Part shown: positions 56,824 to 64,000 of the stretch, piece by piece | How positions within the stretch are numbered: the stretch's first letter is position 1 | Layout of the letters: each line of letters starts with the position of its first letter | Assembly (NCBI GenBank): GCA_034678605.1 | Contig: JAXDBQ010000032.1 | Location: 40,265 to 104,264 of the forward strand | DNA length: 64,000 nt | Direction: 5' to 3' | Source: Patescibacteria group bacterium | GTDB lineage: Bacteria > Patescibacteriota > Minisyncoccia > Minisyncoccales > UBA5738 | Program-made: the position numbers and the translations under genes | Notes under the pieces: model-generated | What the model saw: the letters and a program-made list of their open reading frames with translations, nothing else | Told to the model about the DNA's origin: nothing | Databases searched by the model: none

Positions 56824-59800
56824 ATGGAACAAAATTTCAATCAAAGAGAGGAAAGGACAATTAAATTTTGGAAGGAAAATAAAATTTTTGAAAAGTCGGT
56901 GAAGCGTGCCCCTAAACGCAAAAAAGAATTCGTTTTTTACGAGGGGCCGCCCACGGCCAATGCCAAGCCGGGGATCCATCATGTGGAGACGCGGGTGTTT
57001 AAGGACATGGTTTGCCGCTACAAAAACATGGCCGGTTTTCGCGTGCCGCGGCGCGCCGGCTGGGACACGCATGGCCTGCCCGTGGAACTGCAGATCGAGA
57101 AGAAATTGAATTTGCGCAACAAAAAAGAGATCGAAAAATTCGGCATCAAGGAATTCAACAAAGAATGCCGGGATTCGGTGTTCGAGCAGATCGGCGAGTG
57201 GCGCAATTTAACCGAGCGCATCGGCTATTGGCTGGATTTGGACAATCCCTATATCACCTACGACGCCCGTTATATGGAGTCGGTGTGGTTTATTTTGAAG
57301 CGGGCTTGGGAAAAGAAGTTGTTGTTCCAGGATTACAAAGTGATCCCTTATTGTTCGCGGTGCGGCACCGCGCTTTCCAGCCATGAAGTGGCGCAGGGTT
57401 ACCAAAAAGTAAAAGACCCGTCAGTGTTTGTCAAGTTCCGGATATTGAACCCGGAGGTCAAGAACGCGGCGCTGCTGGTGTGGACCACCACGCCTTGGAC
57501 TTTGCCGGCCAACGTGGCCGCGGCCGTGAATTCGGAAATGGATTATGTGAAAGCCAAGCCGAAAGAAGGAAGCGGCGAAGCGCTGATCCTGGCCAAAAGC
57601 CGATTGGAAATATTGGGCGAGGACTATGAGGTTGTTGAGGAAATGAAAGGCCAAAAACTGGTTGGTTTGCGCTACCAGGCGGTTTTTCCGGTCGAGCGCG
57701 AATCCGAAAAAACGATCTACAAAGTGATCGCCGCGGATTTTGTGTCGGCGGTCGACGGCAGCGGCATCGTGCATATCGCGCCGGCATTCGGCGCCGAGGA
57801 CATGGAGGTGATCCGCGGCCAAAACAAGCAGCTGCGGGAAAGCGGCCAACCGGAGTTTCCGGTGATCTTGAATGTTGCCGAAGACGGCGGCTTCACTTTG
57901 GAGGTGGCCAAGTGGGCGGGGATGTTTGTGAAAGATGCCGATCCGTTAATAATCAAGGATCTGGAAGCGCGCGGCTTGCTGTTCAAGACCGAGCCCTATG
58001 AGCACGATTATCCTTTTTGTTGGCGGTGCAAGACACCGCTATTGTACTATGCCAAAAAGAGCTGGTTCATCAAGATGACCGCGTTGCGCCAAAATTTGCT
58101 GGAAAACAACCAAAAGATCAATTGGGTGCCGGCGCATTTAAAGGAAGGGCGCTTTGGCGAATGGCTGCGCGAAGTGAAGGATTGGGCCATCTCGCGCGAC
58201 CGCTATTGGGGCACGCCTTTGCCGGTGTGGAATTGCGCTTGCGGCAACATTGAAGTCGCCGGTTCTTTGGGCGACCTGCTGGCCAAAAAATATTCGGCAA
58301 ACCGCTATTTCATCATGCGCCACGGCGAATCGCGCCGCCAGATTAAAAAGGTCTCTTCGTGCTGGCCCGAGGCCGAGCCGCTGCCGCTCACGGAAAAGGG
58401 CAAAAAAGAAGTTGCCGCGGCGGCCAAAAAATTGGCCAAGGAAAAGATCGATCTGATCATTGCCTCGGATATCTTGCGGACAAAGGAAACCGCGCAAATT
58501 GCGGCGCAGGCAACCGGCGCTAAAGTTGTTTTTGACAAGCGCTTGCGCGAGCACAATGTGGGCGAATTCAATGGCACCGATCCCAAGAATTTTTGGGAAT
58601 TCGCCAACGCGAAAATTGACCGGTACGCGGCCAAGCCCAAGGGAGGGGAAAGCTTGGTGATGGTGCGCAAGCGGATGTATGAATTTTTGGCCGAGATCGA
58701 CAAAAAATACCAAGGCAAAACAATTTTGCTGGTGGGGCATGAATTGCCGTTCACGGTTTTGGAGCATACTCTGAAGGGGATATCGCTGCCGGAGATCATC
58801 GAAAGCCGCTATTCGGGCAAGATCAAAAGAATTGTCACGGCCGCGGCCAAAAAGATCGAATTCAAGCAGCTGCCATTGAACGATGACGCTGAAATCGATC
58901 TGCATCGGCCGTTCATTGATGGCGTCAAGCCGGTTTGCGCCAAATGCGGCGGGCAAATGGCGCGCGCGCCCGAAGTGCTTGATTGCTGGCTGGATTCGGG
59001 TTCGATGCCCTTGGCCCAGGCCTATTGGCCCTTTAAAAAAGGCGATTCGCCGGCCAAGCCGGTAAAATTGTTCCCCGCGGATTTTATTTCCGAAGCCATC
59101 GATCAGACGCGCGGCTGGTTCTATACTTTGCTGGCCGTGTCCACCACCATGGGGTTTGGCGCGCCCTACAAGAATGTGGTGTCGTTGGGGCATGTTTTGG
59201 ATCAAAACGGCGAGAAAATGTCCAAATCAAAGGGCAATGTGGTCAATCCATGGGAGATGGTGCAAAAATACGGCGCCGACGCGGTGCGCTGGTATTTTTA
59301 CACGGTCAATGATCCGGGCGACCCCAAGCTTTATAACGAAAAGGATTTGGAGTTGGCGCAAAAGAAATTTCTGCTCACTTTTTGGAATTGCTATGTGTTC
59401 TTGAAAACCTACGCGCCCGCAATAAAAGCGCCGGCGACGATCGCGCCGGTCAATGTGCTGGACAAATGGATCGTGTTGCGGCTTCATTCGGCGTTGGCCG
59501 AAATCACCGATTGTTTAGAAAGATATGATATCACCCGTGCCGCCCGCAAAATAGAGGATTTTACGATCAATGATTTGTCGCTGTGGTATGTGCGCCGGTC
59601 GCGCCGGCGGCTGCAGCAGCCGCAAAGCCCGGCCGAACTAAATCAGGCGGCCAAGGTTTTTGCCTATATTTTGGCGAATTTGGCCAAAACCAGCGCGCCG
59701 TTTGTTCCGTTTTTGAGTGAGGAGATTTGGCAGGGATTGTCGGGAAATGGTTTTTCCAAATCCAAGTCAGTGCATTTGGAACCATGGCCCGCGGCAAATA

Positions 59801-60360
59801 AAAAAATGATCGATTCGGAATTGGAAAAGCAGATGACGCGGGTGCGCGAACTCACCGCGCTGGTTTTGGCCGAGCGGGCCAAGCATGGCGTGAAAGTGCG
59901 CCAGCCGCTGGCCAAGCTTGCGGTCGGCGGCCCTACCTTCGCCAAGGCTACGGCGGGCGAAGAAATAAAATTGGGCGATGAGTTGCGCGATCTATTGGCT
60001 GGCGAAGTGAATGTCAAAATCATTGAATTTGATCCGGAGCAAAAAACCGCGGTCGAGATCGATTGGAATATTACGTCTGAATTGAAAGAAGAAGGCAATA
60101 TGCGCGAAGTGATGCGCCAGATCCAGGAATTGCGCAAAACCGCCAAATTCACCCCGCAAGACAAGATCACCATTTACGTCCAAGCCGAAAGTGAGTTAAG
60201 GGCCGCGATCGAAAAACATCGGAAAATGATCGTCAAAGAAACCAAGGCCGCCGCGATTAAATTCGAAAAGCCGGCCAAGCCCGCGGCGCAAATCGAAGTC
60301 AAAATTGACGGTGTCTCTTTATGTCTGGGAATTAAGAAATTGTCATCAAAGTTGTTTTAA
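56824..60360 (+). CDS. ileS: Isoleucine-tRNA ligase (type 2) with an inserted histidine-phosphatase domain
   Basis: EGPPTAN..GIHH, GWDTHGLPVE, WTTTPWTLP, SRDRYWGTPLP, DQTRGWFY, KMSKS; RHGE insert at ~58300-58860. Confidence 0.96.
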   Translation: MEQNFNQREERTIKFWKENKIFEKSVKRAPKRKKEFVFYEGPPTANAKPGIHHVETRVFKDMVCRYKNMAGFRVPRRAGWDTHGLPVELQIEKKLNLRNKKEIEKFGIKEFNKECRDSVFEQIGEWRNLTERIGYWLDLDNPYITYDARYMESVWFILKRAWEKKLLFQDYKVIPYCSRCGTALSSHEVAQGYQKVKDPSVFVKFRILNPEVKNAALLVWTTTPWTLPANVAAAVNSEMDYVKAKPKEGSGEALILAKSRLEILGEDYEVVEEMKGQKLVGLRYQAVFPVERESEKTIYKVIAADFVSAVDGSGIVHIAPAFGAEDMEVIRGQNKQLRESGQPEFPVILNVAEDGGFTLEVAKWAGMFVKDADPLIIKDLEARGLLFKTEPYEHDYPFCWRCKTPLLYYAKKSWFIKMTALRQNLLENNQKINWVPAHLKEGRFGEWLREVKDWAISRDRYWGTPLPVWNCACGNIEVAGSLGDLLAKKYSANRYFIMRHGESRRQIKKVSSCWPEAEPLPLTEKGKKEVAAAAKKLAKEKIDLIIASDILRTKETAQIAAQATGAKVVFDKRLREHNVGEFNGTDPKNFWEFANAKIDRYAAKPKGGESLVMVRKRMYEFLAEIDKKYQGKTILLVGHELPFTVLEHTLKGISLPEIIESRYSGKIKRIVTAAAKKIEFKQLPLNDDAEIDLHRPFIDGVKPVCAKCGGQMARAPEVLDCWLDSGSMPLAQAYWPFKKGDSPAKPVKLFPADFISEAIDQTRGWFYTLLAVSTTMGFGAPYKNVVSLGHVLDQNGEKMSKSKGNVVNPWEMVQKYGADAVRWYFYTVNDPGDPKLYNEKDLELAQKKFLLTFWNCYVFLKTYAPAIKAPATIAPVNVLDKWIVLRLHSALAEITDCLERYDITRAARKIEDFTINDLSLWYVRRSRRRLQQPQSPAELNQAAKVFAYILANLAKTSAPFVPFLSEEIWQGLSGNGFSKSKSVHLEPWPAANKKMIDSELEKQMTRVRELTALVLAERAKHGVKVRQPLAKLAVGGPTFAKATAGEEIKLGDELRDLLAGEVNVKIIEFDPEQKTAVEIDWNITSELKEEGNMREVMRQIQELRKTAKFTPQDKITIYVQAESELRAAIEKHRKMIVKETKAAAIKFEKPAKPAAQIEVKIDGVSLCLGIKKLSSKLF

Positions 60361-60476
60361 ATTTTGAAACGCTTTGCATTTTGGGGTCTATCCCCGGCGT
60401 AATCGCAGGAGTTAGACCCCTTCAATAGCATTTGGATTTGATGATTTCGTAATTATATGGCGAGCGGCATAAATTA

Positions 60477-61028
60477 TTGATAGATAATTTATCTGCCAGG
60501 ATAACTGAAGGCCTTGAAGAAGAGGATAGAGTTAGCGCGCAGAATAAATTGGTCGGACTTCAAAAAGAAGCGATTGAATTTTTAAAAACCAAAGTTGAGC
60601 TTGCGGGTTTAATCGGTGTTAAAGGGGGTGAATATAAATTGCCCGAAAACCAGCCAAACCATATGAATTTGCCGATTCCGGAAGATATGATATCAAGAGA
60701 AGAAATCGATTCGATAAATGACGAGATAAACCGCAAAACTGCAGAATTGGTTAATTTACAAGAAAGATTGAAGCAAGAAAAACCCGATAAAGTACAAGAT
60801 TATATTAAAAAATATGTCGAGCCGATAAAGAGAAATGCACAAGAACAATTGATTAAAAAAAGTAAAAACAAGGACGATATTTTTGCGAATCATAGAAAAA
60901 CAAATGCGCTTTATGATGGCGCGATTGATTTTTTAAAAAAAATATTATCGCAATCCGGGGATGATGTCGCTAAACCTGATAAAAATAAAGGGCGCTTGGC
61001 GGGCTTGAGGAAAGCGATATCCAGATGA
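60477..61028 (+). CDS. Hypothetical helical protein
   Basis: 183-aa AT-rich ORF; start uncertain. Confidence 0.6.
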   Translation: MIDNLSARITEGLEEEDRVSAQNKLVGLQKEAIEFLKTKVELAGLIGVKGGEYKLPENQPNHMNLPIPEDMISREEIDSINDEINRKTAELVNLQERLKQEKPDKVQDYIKKYVEPIKRNAQEQLIKKSKNKDDIFANHRKTNALYDGAIDFLKKILSQSGDDVAKPDKNKGRLAGLRKAISR

Positions 61029-61150
61029 TTAAGCTATTGGTAAAATGCGGGCAAAAGGCGCTTGCGGCAAGCCGCGGGCGCTTTTTGAATTTTTGATGGG
61101 AAATGCTATTATAAAAATACTGAAAAATTTGGTAAAATCAAAATAAGAAG

Positions 61151-61375
61151 GTGATAATTTTTACCAAGCATTCGCTGTTAAAGTTGCGGCACCGCGGCAT
61201 ATCGAAAGATTTGGTTGTCGCGGCGTTGGCAAGCCCGGATTTTATTTCGGATTCTCGTTGTGGCCGCGCGATATGTTTTAAAAAATTCCGCAAACTTTAT
61301 TTGAAAGTCGTGTTTAAAAGAGAAGCGGGCGACACCGTTGTTATCACTCAATATTGGGTTGATAAAATCAATTAA
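61151..61375 (+). CDS. DUF4258-like putative toxin
   Basis: IIFTKHS..KL..RGI, LKVVF..VVIT.Y. Confidence 0.75.
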   Translation: MIIFTKHSLLKLRHRGISKDLVVAALASPDFISDSRCGRAICFKKFRKLYLKVVFKREAGDTVVITQYWVDKIN

Positions 61376-61384
61376 ATTACTTCC

Positions 61385-61597
61385 ATGAAAATAAATTACG
61401 ATCCTGTTGCCGACGCTTTGTCAATCACGATAAAAAAAGGCAGGGCGGTCAAAACAATCGAAATCGCGCCCGAAGTTAATCTGGATGTGGATAAATCCGG
61501 CAATTTTCTTTATTTGGAAATCATCGGCGCCGGTGAAAAAATCGGCGCAAAACAAGCAAAAGAAATTTTGGCCAAAAATTTGGCTTTGGCCGGTTAA
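61385..61597 (+). CDS. DUF2283-like putative antitoxin
   Basis: INYDPVADALSI, LDVDKSG...LEI. Confidence 0.85.
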   Translation: MKINYDPVADALSITIKKGRAVKTIEIAPEVNLDVDKSGNFLYLEIIGAGEKIGAKQAKEILAKNLALAG

Positions 61598-61600
61598 TAA

Positions 61601-61706
61601 ACTACCCGGGGCAAAGCCCCGAGGTATTCCGGCGCTCCGCTACGCTGCGCGATCGGAAAAGTTTGATTCCCCGCCATTAATCCTCGGGGCAAATCCCAGG
61701 ATATTC
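61601..61706. mobile_element. Short non-autonomous element with two hairpins resembling IS200/IS605 ends
   Basis: TACCCGGGGCAAAGCCCCGAGGTA and TCCTCGGGGCAAATCCCAGGA, each followed by TATTC. Confidence 0.5.
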
Positions 61707-61726
61707 TGGCGGATGAATAACAAAAT

Positions 61727-62734
61727 ATGGAACTTTTTATTTGGTTGGTTATTTTTATTGTTTCCCTCACGGCGCTATTGAAGGCCGCAGGGTGGTTTTC
61801 CGCGGGCGCGGTGAAGCTTTTGGGCTACAACGCCAATTCCGGTTTTACCGCGGCGTCGATCGCAGCGGCATTGCCGGAATTGGCGCTGGCGCTGGCGGCG
61901 GTGTTGATCGGGCGGGCCGAATTGGCGGTGCCCATCGTGATCGGTTCGTCGATTGCCAATATTTTTTTGGTGGTGGGCGCCAGCGCGGTGGCGGCCAAAA
62001 ATCTGGCCATCAAGCCCGATTATGTCGATCTGGACGCGCCGCTTTTGGCCGCGGCCTTGGCGATGTTTTGGTTTTGCGGCCGCGACGGTCAGATAGTTTT
62101 TAGCGAGGGAATTTTGATGATCGCGGCGTTTTTTTCCTGCGCGGCCTATGTGATTTTCCGCGCTGGCGTCAAGATTTTCACGCCGCGCGACATCGTCACG
62201 CCCGGGTTTTTCGTTTCGGCGCGGCGCAATTTGGCCGAATTGGTGGGGGCGCGTTTTAGCCGGGGATTTGTCAAGATTGGCAGCAATAATTTTTTGATTT
62301 CATTGGCGGCGGTATTTTTTTCCGCGGCGCTTTTGGCGATAGCCGCGGGCATCGCTTTGGAATCGATAGATGGAATTTCTCAAAAGACCGGAATATTAGC
62401 CGTGGTTTTGGCGATGTCGGCGGTGAGCGTGGCCGGCGCGCTGCCGGAGATGCTGTCGAGTTTGCGGATCATCGCGCGAAAACGCTATGAGATTTTGCTG
62501 GGCAATGTTTTTGCCGGCACCACGGCCAATATTTTGCTGGTGGCCGGGATCGCGGCTTTGTTCGGGGATTTGCCGCTGGGAGCCGAGGCGCTGGATTTGG
62601 GTTTGCCGTTTTTGGTCGCGGCCGCCGGAGTGTTGACAGTGTCGAGCTTTTCGCGCAAAATCAATGCTGGCGAAGGCATGATCTATTTGTTTTTGTATTT
62701 ATTGTTTTTGGCCAAATTATTTAATTTATTCTAA
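61727..62734 (+). CDS. Na+/Ca2+ exchanger (YrbG-like)
   Basis: Two alpha repeats: ALPEL..GSSIAN and ALPEM..GNVFAG..AN. Confidence 0.85.
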   Translation: MELFIWLVIFIVSLTALLKAAGWFSAGAVKLLGYNANSGFTAASIAAALPELALALAAVLIGRAELAVPIVIGSSIANIFLVVGASAVAAKNLAIKPDYVDLDAPLLAAALAMFWFCGRDGQIVFSEGILMIAAFFSCAAYVIFRAGVKIFTPRDIVTPGFFVSARRNLAELVGARFSRGFVKIGSNNFLISLAAVFFSAALLAIAAGIALESIDGISQKTGILAVVLAMSAVSVAGALPEMLSSLRIIARKRYEILLGNVFAGTTANILLVAGIAALFGDLPLGAEALDLGLPFLVAAAGVLTVSSFSRKINAGEGMIYLFLYLLFLAKLFNLF

Positions 62735-62745
62735 TTATAAAAAAT

Positions 62746-63264
62746 ATGAACAACGGAACATCTGTCGGCGGGGAATCGCCCACCGGCCCCACAAATTTGA
62801 ACCAAGGGTCAAAACCCGGGTTTACGCCGCGTTCCAGTTATGGTGAAAAGCCCAGAGGATTTTTTGAAAGTTTTTTCGGAAGCCGGAGGCAATCCGATAT
62901 TAAAGCCGGGAAATTCCAAACCGCAGCCAAGAAAATGGAAGCTGAAAAAGCAAAAAAGTATTTTGATGGCGGCGTGACTAAATTAAAAACAATCGGCCCG
63001 GCGCTTGGTCCGACTTTTGGGAAAATATCAGGAGCGGATTCCCGCGAAGCGATTGGCAAGGGTTTGGGGCAGATGTTCGGCGTGAGGCAGTCTGATGAAA
63101 AAATAAAATTGGAAACAGTAAAAGAGGTTTATAAAGCCTTGGATAGAGGCGATTGGGGACGCTTCAAAGACCAAAAATTGGCAAAAACATTAAGAACCGA
63201 TTCCGGCAGAAGAGAAGCATTTAAGCGGTCATTAAGAGATCTTGATCCAAGAATTAAGGGTTAG
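62746..63264 (+). CDS. Hypothetical basic protein
   Basis: 172-aa ORF in operon position. Confidence 0.65.
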   Translation: MNNGTSVGGESPTGPTNLNQGSKPGFTPRSSYGEKPRGFFESFFGSRRQSDIKAGKFQTAAKKMEAEKAKKYFDGGVTKLKTIGPALGPTFGKISGADSREAIGKGLGQMFGVRQSDEKIKLETVKEVYKALDRGDWGRFKDQKLAKTLRTDSGRREAFKRSLRDLDPRIKG

Positions 63265-63284
63265 CTAATTTTTAAAAAGCGATA

Positions 63285-64000
63285 ATGAGCAAATTCGTTA
63301 AAATTTTAATTGTTTTCACTTTGGTGCTGGCCGCGGTGGGCTATGGTTTTTGGCGCAAAAACATCTATTCCAAAGAAGAGTTGAAGTTGGAAATCATCGG
63401 TCCCAAGGAAGCGCAGTTGGGCCAAGAGGTGGAATATGTGGTCAAATACAAGAACAACGGCGAATTCCGTTTGGAAAATCCCAATTTAATGTTTGAGGCG
63501 CCGGAATTTTCCATTAAAGACGATAAAATTTACGCCAAGGAAGCCATTGAATCCGACAAGCTGGGCGGCACAATCTACCCGGGCGAAGAGCGAAGTTTTT
63601 CCTTTAAGTTCCGGATGGTGGGCAAAGCCGGCGACGCCAAGATCGCCAAGGCGACGCTCACCTATCAGCCCAAAAATTTGAGCGCGCGTTATGAATCAAA
63701 CACCACGGCCACCACGGTGATGCAAGAGGTGCCGCTGGATTTGGACATGGATTTGGCATCGACCGTGGAGGCGGACAAAAGTTTTCACTTTAAAATTAAT
63801 TATTTTTCCAACGTTGACTGGCTGCTCACCGATTTGCGGGTGAATGTTGATTATCCGGCCGGCTACGCGTTTTTTGAATCCAGTCCGAAATCATTTGACA
63901 AAAACGAATGGAATGTGCCGGTGTTGAACAAAAATCAATCCGGCATCATTGACATTACGGGCCAGCTTTCCGGCGAATTGGGCGAGGGCAAAGTTTTTCG
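63285..64000 (+). CDS. Membrane-anchored Ig-like (DUF11-like) protein, cut off by the window end
   Basis: MSKFVKILIVFTLVLAAVGYGFW..GPKEAQLGQEVEYVVKYKNNG; frame appears open to the end. Confidence 0.7.
   Translation, partial: MSKFVKILIVFTLVLAAVGYGFWRKNIYSKEELKLEIIGPKEAQLGQEVEYVVKYKNNGEFRLENPNLMFEAPEFSIKDDKIYAKEAIESDKLGGTIYPGEERSFSFKFRMVGKAGDAKIAKATLTYQPKNLSARYESNTTATTVMQEVPLDLDMDLASTVEADKSFHFKINYFSNVDWLLTDLRVNVDYPAGYAFFESSPKSFDKNEWNVPVLNKNQSGIIDITGQLSGELGEGKVF

Overview
Chromosomal window from a bacterium using the standard genetic code (TGA and TAG both act as stops). Gene content suggests Patescibacteria/CPR, probably Parcubacteria (inference): short IF2, three-domain S1, CPR-type pilins, a VirB4/PrgI/VirB6-like cluster and host genes without Shine-Dalgarno sites. 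It holds a T4SS/pilin-like cluster (1-16 kb), housekeeping genes (rsmA, comM, pnp, rpsO, cca, recG, holA, rpsT, murE, rbfA, infB, rplS, ftsH, S1, ileS), toxin-antitoxin modules, 10 stand-alone tRNAs and several families of short intergenic repeats. The main finding is at 50788-51148 (- strand): three tRNA-Ile-like genes nested inside one another. An intact tRNA-Ile(UAU) lies in an insert in the anticodon loop of a second tRNA, which lies in a matching insert in the anticodon loop of a third. Both inserts share one architecture (UUAU-GA, long AU-rich stem, GCG, GAAA..UUUC hairpin, AUAA) with different sequence but intact pairing, and fit neither a group I intron nor a canonical bulge-helix-bulge intron. 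The IleRS gene 5.7 kb away carries an inserted histidine-phosphatase domain. All calls were made by eye; no searches were run.
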